The notes under the pieces are model-generated. The model was not told where the DNA came from and searched no databases. It worked only from the letters and a program-made list of their open reading frames with translations. From Candidatus Dormiibacterota bacterium (GTDB taxonomy: Bacteria > Chloroflexota > Dormibacteria > Aeolococcales > Aeolococcaceae), in assembly GCA_003170875.1 (NCBI GenBank), contig PMYJ01000048.1:1-43449 (forward strand): a DNA stretch of 43,449 nucleotides, given 5' to 3'. Shown here in pieces: positions 25,590-34,152 of this stretch (position 1 is the first letter of the stretch; every line of letters starts with the position of its first letter). The position numbers were made by a program, and so were the translations under genes.

Positions 25590-27065
25590 ATGAGCGCGGT
25601 AGCCGAGCCGCTGGAGGCTTCGGAAGGGTACGAGGCGTTCCAGCTCGAGCAGCGTGGCATCGACCTGATCCCGGAGTCCGACCGGAAGATGCGCCCGATG
25701 GGACTCTTCTGGCTCTGGTCGGGCGCCGTGTGGAACGTCGAGTTCCTCTTCTACGGCGTCCTGATCTGCACCTTCGGGCTCTCCTTCCCGCAGGCGATCC
25801 TGGCCATCCTGATCGGCAACCTGGCCTACATGTTCCTCGGCTTCGCCAGCCTGCCGGGCCCGCTGGCCGGGACCACGGCCTTCATGGTCAGCCGGGCTCC
25901 GTTCGGGCGCAACGGCAACCGGCTCCCCTCCCTCTTCAACTGGATCACCCAGGTCGGCTTCGAGATCCTCGGCCTGGTCCTGGTCGTCTTCGTGGTCGAC
26001 GCGATCCTCAACAAGGCCGGCGTCGCCAGCGTGAGCAACCCCACTCAGGTGCTCATCATCATCCTGGCCGTCGTGGTGCAGTTCGTGATGCCCTTCCTCG
26101 GGCACGCCACCATCAAGACGGTGCTGCGCTACCTCTCCTTTGTCTTCATCGTCCTCTTCGCCGTGATGGCCATCCTCGTCCTTCCCCACGTCCACTGGGC
26201 CAGCCTCCAGACCGGCACGACGTGGTGGCTCTGGACGACCGCCGTGGTGCTCATCGTCTCCACCGGCGGGCTCGGCTGGACCGAGAACGCGGCCGACTAC
26301 TCCCGCTACCTGCCCAGGGACACCAGCAAGGCCAAGGTCTTCTGGGCGGCGAGCCTGGGCGCCGCCATCCCCTCCGTCCTGCTCGAGCTGCTCGGCGTGT
26401 GCGCCTACATGGTCCTGCTCCACCACCCCGCCTCGGTCACGCTGGTCGGCATCCCCACCGCCTTCACGGCGTACGCGGACTGGTTCTTCTGGCCCTTCAT
26501 GATCGTCGCCATTCTCCAGCTGTTCGCCATCAACACCATCGACATGTACTCATCGGGGGTCACCCTGCAGGCGATTGGCATCCCGCTGAAGCGCTGGGGC
26601 TGCATCCTCATCGACACCGTCGTGAGCGGTGTGATCACCGGCCTGGTCATCTTCAAGGGGAATCTCTACACCGACCTCTCCGGCTTCCTCGACTACATCC
26701 TGGTCTGGCTGGGCGCGTGGTTCGCAATCCTCATGGTCGACTACTTCCTGCGCAGGGGGAAGTACGACGGCGCGGGTCTCGTCCAGAAGATCGGAGGGCT
26801 GTACTGGCGCAACGGGGGCATCAACTGGAAGGCGATCATCGCCCTGGTCGCGGGCATGGTCGCGGCCCTGATGTGGACCGACGCCCTCTACTACACCCCG
26901 TCGTACCAGGGCCCGATCTCCAACGCCACCGGGGGCGGAGACCTCAGCTGGCTCCTCGGCATCGTCGTGGCCGGGGTCATCTACTGGGCCCTCTCCTTCC
27001 GCAGCATTCCCAAGGAGGTCCCCGAGGCGGTCGCAGCGCCCGCAGCGCCAAAGGCCGCGAGCTAA
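25590..27065 (+). CDS. NCS1 family (purine-cytosine/nucleobase-type) permease
   Basis: 12-TM-type protein with the N-terminal RGIDLIPESDRKMRPMGLFWLWSGAVWNVEF typical of purine-cytosine permeases. The substrate cannot be inferred. Confidence 0.8.
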   Translation: MSAVAEPLEASEGYEAFQLEQRGIDLIPESDRKMRPMGLFWLWSGAVWNVEFLFYGVLICTFGLSFPQAILAILIGNLAYMFLGFASLPGPLAGTTAFMVSRAPFGRNGNRLPSLFNWITQVGFEILGLVLVVFVVDAILNKAGVASVSNPTQVLIIILAVVVQFVMPFLGHATIKTVLRYLSFVFIVLFAVMAILVLPHVHWASLQTGTTWWLWTTAVVLIVSTGGLGWTENAADYSRYLPRDTSKAKVFWAASLGAAIPSVLLELLGVCAYMVLLHHPASVTLVGIPTAFTAYADWFFWPFMIVAILQLFAINTIDMYSSGVTLQAIGIPLKRWGCILIDTVVSGVITGLVIFKGNLYTDLSGFLDYILVWLGAWFAILMVDYFLRRGKYDGAGLVQKIGGLYWRNGGINWKAIIALVAGMVAALMWTDALYYTPSYQGPISNATGGGDLSWLLGIVVAGVIYWALSFRSIPKEVPEAVAAPAAPKAAS

Positions 27066-27083
27066 CCCACGAGCGGCTCGACC

Positions 27084-27131
27084 GGGAAGGGACCGAGGTC
27101 CCGGCAATCTGAGGACCTCGGTCCCCTTCCC
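27084..27131 (+). terminator. Long hairpin 19 nt after the permease stop (candidate terminator, no U-tract)
   Basis: gggaagggaccgaggtcc (27084-27101) pairs with ggacctcggtccccttccc (27113-27131), an 18-bp stem with one bulged c and an 11-nt loop. Confidence 0.55.
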
Positions 27132-27151
27132 ACGGGCGGGCGGTCTGCGAC

Positions 27152-27217
27152 ACTGATGGCCGCATCCCCCCCGCGCTTTGGTGCGGGGGGGTGCCAGTTC
27201 TCCCGGATGACGGCCCG
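27152..27217 (+). repeat. Hairpin-containing intergenic repeat, copy 1
   Basis: The core actgatggccgcatcccccc is 20 nt identical to 27441-27460. The hairpin is cccccccgcgc/tttg/gtgcggggggg (27166-27191), followed by the shared tgccagttctcc. Confidence 0.8.
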
Positions 27218-27440
27218 CGCGGGGAACAAAGGCCTCGAATGCCAGTCGATGCCGGGTGTGGACCTCGCCAACCCGCAACAATTTAGGCGCCAAGCCCTAT
27301 CGTCCTAGCAGTAGTTCGGTAATGACCACAATACCACTGGAGGTCACTACCACCACTCAAAAGTGGTTCCAGGCTGACCTTGTTAAGAGAACCACCACCA
27401 ATCCGTCCGAGCCCTTGCAATCTCCGTAGGGTTGTCCGAT

Positions 27441-27509
27441 ACTGATGGCCGCATCCCCCCTCGCGCTTCGGTGCGGGGGAGGGGTGCCAGTTCTCCGGAC
27501 GATGGTCCG
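27441..27509 (+). repeat. Hairpin-containing intergenic repeat, copy 2
   Basis: Same element as 27152-27217. The hairpin spans 27455-27484 with a ttcg loop, and the stem differs by small indels on both arms. Confidence 0.8.
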
Positions 27510-27558
27510 TGCCGAGGACAGCCCCCCGAGGCGGCAAAAGCGCGTGCCGATCCGCCGC

Positions 27559-28662
27559 CTACGCCGGGCGCGGCCCATCCCACTCGATCTCGACGGGGCG
27601 CTCGAGGAACCGGCCCAACCGGTCGGCGGCGCGGGCCACGGCCGCCCTCTCGGCGGGGCGGAGCGGATCCAGCAGGCGCACCTGCACACGCACCGACTTC
27701 ACCCCCACCACGCGACGCCAGGCGCCCCGGACCCTGCCTCCGATCACCAGCACGTTGCTGAGGATGCTGCCGAAACCGAAGAGACCCGGGTCGAACCGAC
27801 CATCGGGATGATCGGCGGCGGACCGGTCGCGGTGCGCCACCGTCAGCTCGTCGAAGTTCGGCAGCAGGTGCGCAGCCGGCACGCCTGATGCCTGCGGACG
27901 CGGTGGGCCGGCAGCGACGTCCCCGAACCAGTACTCCTTCCCGTCGATCACCTCCGACGCCAGGCTCTCCCCCGCCCCGGCGACACCTCTGCGCGCCGCG
28001 ACCAGGGTCGTTCCGGCCCACCAGGCGAAATCCTGGAGCTGCGCCGGCCCGCGGCTGCGGAAGTACCTCTCGGCGAGCCGGCCGAGCGCCTCCTCGTGAC
28101 GGAGTGGAGCGGCGGCGGGCACACGCTCGTCCATCAGCATGTAGGTGAAGTCCCTGCCCCGGCGCGGACCGCTGACGACGAGGGCGTCTAGCTCCGCCGC
28201 CAGGATCAGGTGAGGCAGCCGTTGACGGTCAGGGTCAATTCCCGACGCCTGCAGCACGGCGCCGAGCTCCGCGCGGGTGAGCTGCCGCCCGCCAGCGAGC
28301 GCGCGGCTGAACGCGGCCTGGGCCCCGGCGATGACACCATGGTCGATGCCCAGGTCGCGCCACCGACCGCCGAGGCCGGCCCGGAGCCGCGGCGCCGTCA
28401 GGTCGAGGAGCCAGCGGATGTCGCCGGGCAGCGCAAAGTGCCAGGTGGGGCGCAGCACGTGGGTACGCACGATCGCCCCCGCGTCGAAGAGTCGGTGCAC
28501 GTCGGTCGCGGTGGCGCCCTCCGTGCGCTGTCCGATCGCCCAGACGGCCGCAGGGTAGTCCTGCGCCTGCACCGCGGCCAGCCAGCCCACGACAGCGTCC
28601 GCCGTGTCCAGCGGATTCCCGGCCAGACGCGGACTCCGGAGGCGTCGGGTGGCGATGTCCAT
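27559..28662 (-). CDS. Winged-helix DNA-binding protein of the AlkZ/YcaQ-like (DUF1006) family, putative DNA glycosylase
   Basis: RLAGNPLDTADAVVGWLAAVQAQDYPAAVWAIGQR...IVRTHVLRPTWHF is the family-typical N-terminal region with the QAQD segment. Confidence 0.7.
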   Translation of the reverse strand: MDIATRRLRSPRLAGNPLDTADAVVGWLAAVQAQDYPAAVWAIGQRTEGATATDVHRLFDAGAIVRTHVLRPTWHFALPGDIRWLLDLTAPRLRAGLGGRWRDLGIDHGVIAGAQAAFSRALAGGRQLTRAELGAVLQASGIDPDRQRLPHLILAAELDALVVSGPRRGRDFTYMLMDERVPAAAPLRHEEALGRLAERYFRSRGPAQLQDFAWWAGTTLVAARRGVAGAGESLASEVIDGKEYWFGDVAAGPPRPQASGVPAAHLLPNFDELTVAHRDRSAADHPDGRFDPGLFGFGSILSNVLVIGGRVRGAWRRVVGVKSVRVQVRLLDPLRPAERAAVARAADRLGRFLERPVEIEWDGPRPA

Positions 28663-28717
28663 CGTGGCAACACTATGCAGATGGCGCGCAGGGCGGGTGA
28701 GACGGCATGCTTGGCAG

Positions 28718-31594
28718 GTGGCCGATCAGCCTGACCCCGCACCCCCGAGCCCCGAGGCCGACGCGGAGCGCCGCCTCCGGCGCAACGTGCGCCTGGTCGG
28801 CACCCTGCTGGGAGAGACCCTCGCCGAGCAGGAGGGCGAGCCGCTCCTCGTGCTCGAGGAGGAGGTGCGGGCAAAGACCAAGCAGCTACGCGATCACCAC
28901 GACGAGACGGTCAGCCGGGCGCTCGACCGCCAGCTGGGCGAGATCGACGTCGGCACGGCCACCCGGCTGATCCGAGCCTTCTCCCTCTACTTCCAACTGG
29001 TCAACGTGGCCGAGCTGGAGCACCGGGTCCAGGTGATCCGGAGCATCCAGGCGGTCCCGGCCGCGGGGCCCGCCTCTCCGGGGACCTTCCACGACCTCTT
29101 CAGCCGTGCCGCACACCTCGAGGGCGGCCGGGAGCGGCTGCTCGCCGCGCTCGCCGAGCTGGATGTCGTGCCGGTGGTCACCGCCCACCCCACCGAGGCT
29201 GTCCGCCGTTCGGTGCTCGACCACGTCAACGGGGTGGCCATGGCCCTGGACGCCCTCGACGGGCCTCCGCCCGGCTCACCCCGCCACGCCACCCTGGTCG
29301 CCTCGATGCGCCGCGACATGGAGCTGCTCTGGCAGACCGAGGAGCTGCGCACGGTCCGGCCGACGGTCCTGGACGAGGCCCGCGACATCCGCTTCCACCT
29401 GGACCTCCTGATGGACGTCATTCCCGCCGTCCACGCCGAGCTGGACCGCCGCTGGATCGAGGTCTTCGGAGGGCCGCCGCCGCCCGTCCACCCCTTCCTC
29501 CGCCTCGGCTCCTGGGTGGGCGGCGACCAGGACGGCAACCCGCACGCCCGGGCGAGGACCCTCCGGGATGCGCTCCGCGCCCAGAAGCAGATGGTGCTGG
29601 CCCGCTACCGCGACTCGGTGCACGCCATCTCGGTCCAGTACAGCCAATCCACCCGCTGGACGGGTGCCGACCCGGTGCTGGCGGCGTCGATCGCCGACGA
29701 CGAGGCGCGGATGCCCGAGGCGGCGCACGACCTGGGAGAGCGCAACCGGAGCGAGCCCTACCGGCGCAAGCTGACCCTGATCCACCACCGGCTGGAGGCA
29801 TCCCTCGGCCAGCTCCAGGGGGTCCGGACGGCCGAGCGCCCCTACTCCACCGCGCAGGAGCTGCTCGACGACCTCGACCTTGTCGACGCCGCCCTCCGCC
29901 GGCAGCGCGGCTCCCTCTTCGCGGACGGCGGCCTGCTGGAGCTCCGGCGCCAGGTCGGCGCCTTCGACTTCTACGGGTACGCGATCGACGTCCGGCTGCA
30001 CGCCTCGCGACTGCGTGAGGTCGCCTCCACGATCCTGCGCCAGTGCGGCCAGCTGGACGGCAGCCTGGACGACCTCGATGAGGACGCGGCGGTCGGGCTG
30101 CTCGCCCGGGCGATGCAGCAGCGCGGACCGCACATCGGCACATTGACCCTCAACGCGGACGACCGCGACCTCCTCGACACCCTGGTGGAGATGGGCCGCG
30201 CCCAGCGCTCCATCTCCCCCCACTCGACCGAGAACGTGGTGATCTCGATGACCCACTCCCCGGTCGAGGTGATGGCCGGGATGTGGCTCGCCTCCCTGGT
30301 CGGGCTCGTCTCCTGGTCCTTCGGCGGCGTACACACCAGCCGGTTCGACCTGGTGCCCCTGATGGAGACGATCTCCGGCCTCCGCGGCGCACCCGGGGTG
30401 CTGCGCCGCCTGCTCGCCCAACCCGAGTACGCCCAGCAGGTTCGGGCCCGCGGCAACATCCAGGAGGTGATGCTGGGCTACAGCGACAGCAGCAAGGACG
30501 GCGGCTACCTGGCCGCCCAGTGGTCGCTGTATGTCGCCCATCGCCAGCTCGCCCGCGTCTGCGATGAGGCGGGCGTGCGCCTCCGCCTCTTCCACGGCCG
30601 GGGTGGCACGGTGTCGCGCGGCGGTGGCCCCACCCACGAGGCCCTCCTCTCCCAACCGCCGGGCGCGGTGCGGGGCCGGGTCCGGCTGACCGAGCAGGGG
30701 GAGATCCTCCACTACCGCTACTCGCGCGAGGAGGTGGCCCAGAACCACCTGGAGCTGGTCGCCGCGGCGGTATGGGAGGCGAGCTCGCTGCAGGCCCCGC
30801 TCCCCCCCGAGCAGGAGGCGGTGTGGGAGACGGCGATGGCGCGGATCGCGGCGGACAGCTACCGGCGCTACCGGGCCTTCGTGTACACGGATGAATTCGA
30901 GCGCTTCTTCACAGAGGTCACGCCGATCGGCGAGCTGGGGCAGCTCAACATCGGCTCCCGGCCGGTGAGTCGCGGGGAGTCCACGCGGATCGCCGAGCTG
31001 CGTGCGATCCCGTGGGTCTTCGCCTGGAACCAGACCAGATTGATGCTGCCCACCTGGTACGGGGTGGGCGGGTCGCTGGTGGCCTTCGCCGAGGACCTGC
31101 CAGTTGATACCGCAGATGACCTTAACGCGCCGACTCCCAGCGAAGTCGACGCCCCGCTGCCCGAGGCGGGGACGGCGCGCTGGAAGCTGCTCCACCAGAT
31201 GTACCGGCGCTGGCCGTTCTTCCGGGCTCTGATCGGCAACCTCGAGATGACCCTGGCCAAGACCGACATGGGGGTGGCGAGTCGCTACTTCGAGCTGGTC
31301 CAAGACCCCGGACTGCGCGAGCGGATGTGGGTGGATGTGACCGCGGAGCATGCGCGGACGCTCCAGGCCGTGCTCCACATCACCGGCAAGCGCACTCTGT
31401 TGGCCGACCAGCCACTCCTCCAGGAGACGCTCCGGCTCCGCGATCCCTACATCGACCCGCTCTCCGTCCTGCAGGCCCAGATGCTGGCCCGCTACCGAGC
31501 CCTGGACGAGGCCGACCCGCAGCGGGCGGCCCTGCTGGAGGCAATCCTGCGGAGCGTCAACGGGATCGCCGCCGGCTTGCAGAACACCGGCTGA
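28718..31594 (+). CDS. ppc: Phosphoenolpyruvate carboxylase
   Basis: VTAHPTE, GYSDSSKDGG and FHGRGGTVSRGGGP motifs, and a C-terminal ...GLQNTG. The start is uncertain: GTG 28718 is preferred. ATG 28655 would overlap the divergent gene's start by 8 nt. Confidence 0.9.
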   Translation: MADQPDPAPPSPEADAERRLRRNVRLVGTLLGETLAEQEGEPLLVLEEEVRAKTKQLRDHHDETVSRALDRQLGEIDVGTATRLIRAFSLYFQLVNVAELEHRVQVIRSIQAVPAAGPASPGTFHDLFSRAAHLEGGRERLLAALAELDVVPVVTAHPTEAVRRSVLDHVNGVAMALDALDGPPPGSPRHATLVASMRRDMELLWQTEELRTVRPTVLDEARDIRFHLDLLMDVIPAVHAELDRRWIEVFGGPPPPVHPFLRLGSWVGGDQDGNPHARARTLRDALRAQKQMVLARYRDSVHAISVQYSQSTRWTGADPVLAASIADDEARMPEAAHDLGERNRSEPYRRKLTLIHHRLEASLGQLQGVRTAERPYSTAQELLDDLDLVDAALRRQRGSLFADGGLLELRRQVGAFDFYGYAIDVRLHASRLREVASTILRQCGQLDGSLDDLDEDAAVGLLARAMQQRGPHIGTLTLNADDRDLLDTLVEMGRAQRSISPHSTENVVISMTHSPVEVMAGMWLASLVGLVSWSFGGVHTSRFDLVPLMETISGLRGAPGVLRRLLAQPEYAQQVRARGNIQEVMLGYSDSSKDGGYLAAQWSLYVAHRQLARVCDEAGVRLRLFHGRGGTVSRGGGPTHEALLSQPPGAVRGRVRLTEQGEILHYRYSREEVAQNHLELVAAAVWEASSLQAPLPPEQEAVWETAMARIAADSYRRYRAFVYTDEFERFFTEVTPIGELGQLNIGSRPVSRGESTRIAELRAIPWVFAWNQTRLMLPTWYGVGGSLVAFAEDLPVDTADDLNAPTPSEVDAPLPEAGTARWKLLHQMYRRWPFFRALIGNLEMTLAKTDMGVASRYFELVQDPGLRERMWVDVTAEHARTLQAVLHITGKRTLLADQPLLQETLRLRDPYIDPLSVLQAQMLARYRALDEADPQRAALLEAILRSVNGIAAGLQNTG

Positions 31595-31607
31595 CGAGTA
31601 CCCTGTG

Positions 31608-32330
31608 ATGACAATGGAGAGAAGGGAAGAGAGCATTTGGGGCCACGACGGGCACCGGTTCTCAGGCTCGCTCTCCCTTCCCGAAGGCGGCATGGGGCCG
31701 GGGCTGGTGGTGGTCCAGGAGATATTCGGCCTCACCCCGTACGTGAAGGGCGTGTGCGACCGCCTGGCCGGGCTCGGCTACGTCGCGCTGGCACCCGACC
31801 TCTACTCGCGGCTGGAGCCCGACCTGGTGCTGGACGAGCACCTCCCCGACAGCCTGCCGAAGGCCTTCCAGGCGATGCAGCGGCTGGACGTCCCCAAGGC
31901 AGCCGACGACGCGGCTGCCACGCTGGAGCACCTGCGGGCCATCCCCGAGACGCGGGGCCACCGGGCGGGGATCATCGGATTCTGCATGGGGGGCGGCATC
32001 GCCTACATGGTGGCGGCAGCCTCTGACCCGGCGGTCGCCGTCTGCTACTACGGGTCGGCCATCCCCGGCGCCCTCGACCTGGCCCCGAAGATCACCTGCC
32101 CCATCCTCTTCCACTTCGGCGAGGACGACACCTACATCAGCACGGCGCAGCGCCGGGCGGTGGCCCACGAGTTCGCCGGCCGCCGCCGCGTGGAGCTGCA
32201 CCTCCATCCCCACGCCGGCCACGCCTTTGACAACCACGACTCGGCGATCTTCTCCCGGCCGCAGGCGGCGGCCCGAGCCTGGGAGCAGACCGCGGCCTTC
32301 CTGGAGTACCACCTGCCGCCCAACGGGTGA
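31608..32330 (+). CDS. Dienelactone hydrolase family protein
   Basis: GLVVVQEIFGLTPYVKGVCDRLAGLGYVALAPDLY, the nucleophile elbow GFCMGG, and HAGHAF near the C-terminus. ATG 31608 lies 14 nt after the ppc stop. Confidence 0.85.
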   Translation: MTMERREESIWGHDGHRFSGSLSLPEGGMGPGLVVVQEIFGLTPYVKGVCDRLAGLGYVALAPDLYSRLEPDLVLDEHLPDSLPKAFQAMQRLDVPKAADDAAATLEHLRAIPETRGHRAGIIGFCMGGGIAYMVAAASDPAVAVCYYGSAIPGALDLAPKITCPILFHFGEDDTYISTAQRRAVAHEFAGRRRVELHLHPHAGHAFDNHDSAIFSRPQAAARAWEQTAAFLEYHLPPNG

Positions 32331-32411
32331 GCCCAGCCCCTTTGTCTGCCCGATGTCCGCCGACCCCCGCGACCATCACGAGGACGATCTATAGGTCGCG
32401 GAGAACATCCG

Positions 32412-32744
32412 GTGGCACCAGCGGCGGGACAGGGCGGGTCGAGCAGCACCCCCACCCTCTACGTGGGCAGCATCACAGCCTTCAACGACCTCTCGGACGC
32501 ATTCCAGCGGGCGCGCGGTCAGGTCGTCCGCGCTGCCGCCGACCTCGGTGCGCATGGCTCAGGCTCCAGCGATCCCTTTGGGCACGCCTCTTCTGACACC
32601 CACTACAAGCAGGTGCTCGGGGAGACGCTGAGCGCGCTGGACAACCTGGACGGCGGCCTGCTGACGCTGGCACGCAGGGTCGAGGAGGCGGGGGCCGTGC
32701 TGGTGGCTGCGGAGCACAGCGTCGCGCAGACGATGACGCCCTGA
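32412..32744 (+). CDS. WXG100/Esx-like small helical protein (putative T7SS helper or co-substrate)
   Basis: 110 aa with two long predicted helices separated by a Gly/Ser turn that carries PFG where W-x-G would sit. GGAG lies 8 nt upstream of the GTG. It sits directly upstream of the toxin gene. The family call is tentative. Confidence 0.55.
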   Translation: MAPAAGQGGSSSTPTLYVGSITAFNDLSDAFQRARGQVVRAAADLGAHGSGSSDPFGHASSDTHYKQVLGETLSALDNLDGGLLTLARRVEEAGAVLVAAEHSVAQTMTP

Positions 32745-32763
32745 GAGGGAGGGGAATCCACTC

Positions 32764-33768
32764 ATGGGCCTTCCCGGCTGGATGCCCGGCCGGCCGGGCG
32801 GCGACCCCCAGCGGCTCTCCCAACTGGCCGAGGCGTGGGATGCCCTCGACTCCGCCCTGCAGGCATCCGAGCGGCAGCTCACACCCCATGCCGGCGACGT
32901 TTCCACCTGGTGGCGGGGGCAGGCCGCCGGCGCCTACACCACCGCCTGGCACGACTACTCGGCCGGCCTGGCCCCGCTCCGCCGGCAGATCGAGGCGGTG
33001 TCGGGGACCCTGCACGTGGCCGCCTTCGCGATCTGGAGCTCCCAGAACCAGTACGACCAGGTCGTCGAGGAGGTGGTGGCCGGGGCGGTGGTGCTCACCG
33101 GCGCGGCCTTCTTCACCTTTGGTCTGTCCGAGGCCGGCGAGGGCGGGGTGCTGGGGGCGGCCAGCGCCACCATCGCAGAACTTCTCGCGACCCTGGCCGA
33201 CGCCCTCGCCCAGGTCGCCGCCACCATCGCGGAGGTGCTCGCCGCGATGGGCCGGATCGCGGCTCAGTTGCTGCTGCCGTTCAGTGGGGGTGCGGGAATG
33301 GCGGGTGGGCTGGCTTACGCCCTTCCCAGCGGCGGCAGCATCGCCATCACTACCACCGCGGCCGGCGCGTCCGAGATGCTGGTCAATGGGCAGGTGGTTG
33401 CTGTCGGCCTCGTCGCGATCGACGTCTTGTTGGCCAAGGCACTTGGCGGTGGTGGACAGTCGGGCGGCTCGATCACGGGCCCGAACGGCGGCTCGTCACA
33501 GGGAACCTCTCCGTGCCCGCCCGGGGCGCCTCGTGAGATCGACGGCTACACCCAACACGGGCTCGAGCAGGTGATGGGACGTGACGGCGGCGTCGGCGTC
33601 ACCGATTCCGCTATGAATGACGCCGTGGAGGATCCTTTGAAGGTCGAGGTCCAACCCGGCGGGAAGTTCAGGTACATCGGCAAGACTGCCACCGTGGTTC
33701 TCAATTCTGTTGGGAGGGTCGTGACGGCTTGGGCAAGAACCAGTTCAGCGTGGAGAGTGATCCCATGA
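32764..33768 (+). CDS. Polymorphic toxin: WXG-type N-terminal domain, hydrophobic Ala/Gly-rich middle, Gly/Ser linker, small C-terminal toxin module
   Basis: The W-x-G motif (STWWRGQAAGAY) lies in an Esx-like helical region. The linker is GGGGQSGGSITGPNGGSSQG. The C-terminus is REIDGYTQHGLEQVMGRD...KFRYIGKTATVVLNSVGRVVTAWAR. A GAGGGAGGGG SD precedes the ATG. Confidence 0.7.
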   Translation: MGLPGWMPGRPGGDPQRLSQLAEAWDALDSALQASERQLTPHAGDVSTWWRGQAAGAYTTAWHDYSAGLAPLRRQIEAVSGTLHVAAFAIWSSQNQYDQVVEEVVAGAVVLTGAAFFTFGLSEAGEGGVLGAASATIAELLATLADALAQVAATIAEVLAAMGRIAAQLLLPFSGGAGMAGGLAYALPSGGSIAITTTAAGASEMLVNGQVVAVGLVAIDVLLAKALGGGGQSGGSITGPNGGSSQGTSPCPPGAPREIDGYTQHGLEQVMGRDGGVGVTDSAMNDAVEDPLKVEVQPGGKFRYIGKTATVVLNSVGRVVTAWARTSSAWRVIP

Positions 33769-34046
33769 CGAGCGTCGTGGAGTCCCTCCCGGCCGAGATG
33801 CGAAGTCTGTTTGCCGAGGTGATCGGCAGCAGAGACGTGGCATTGCTTTCGTCCCTTCTCGCCCACCCAGAGCCGGAGTTGGCCGAGCGACTGGCGGTTG
33901 AAGACATCTTGAGCACCGAGTTCACGACATGCCTCCAAGCAGACGACGAGCCGACGAGGCGAGGCCGAGACATCGACAACCTGTTGGGTGCGTTCCTCCT
34001 GCAGTGGCCGATCGACCTGGAGAAAGGCCACCCGGCGTCCGGCTGA
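33765..34046 (+). CDS. Putative cognate immunity protein (93 aa, acidic)
   Basis: Its ATG overlaps the toxin TGA (ATGA at 33765-33768). It is a small acidic helical protein and is visibly lower in GC than the flanks. The track ORF start at 33729 lies inside the toxin gene. Confidence 0.6.
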   Translation: MTSVVESLPAEMRSLFAEVIGSRDVALLSSLLAHPEPELAERLAVEDILSTEFTTCLQADDEPTRRGRDIDNLLGAFLLQWPIDLEKGHPASG

Positions 34047-34120
34047 TCGAGTTCTAGCGAACCGCGCCCTTCCGGTCGCCAATCCTCTTGGGGCAAGGGA
34101 TCGGGACAGGATTCGCGAGT

Positions 34121-34152
34121 TGTCTCCTCGATTGTCCGTCTACTGTCCGTCT
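34121..34152 (+). promoter_or_regulatory. Three phased direct repeats (TGTCYSYTC) upstream of the lipoprotein/Tad-like operon
   Basis: tgtctcctc (34121), tgtccgtct (34133) and tgtccgtct (34144), spaced 12 and 11 nt apart. A second pair, gccgtgag, occurs at 34174 and 34185 (11-nt spacing). Confidence 0.4.

Noticed and set aside
27166-27195. The hairpin plus tgcca as a tRNA 3' end or att site of an integrated element
   Set aside because: The loop is 4 nt, not a 7-nt T-loop. There is no acceptor/T-arm geometry and no integrase nearby.
27152-27217. The repeat as a SAM-I/SAM-IV-like riboswitch (GGUGCC...GAUGA resemblance)
   Set aside because: The resemblance is limited to two short strings. There is no matching P1 or junction core. 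There are two direct copies, and no downstream gene on either strand because the region lies between convergent stops.
27322-27429. 35-codon ORF in the AT-rich islet as a confident gene
   Set aside because: It has no SD, I know of no homologue, and its codon usage is unlike the host. I kept it only as part of the islet finding, not as a feature.
28604-28717. N-terminal extension of ppc to the track start 28604
   Set aside because: It would overlap the divergent AlkZ-like coding region by about 60 nt. The extension is Arg-rich and lies upstream of the conserved LRRNVRLVG region.
29276-31735. 819-aa minus-strand ORF opposite ppc
   Set aside because: It is a shadow ORF. The plus strand carries all PEP carboxylase signature motifs.
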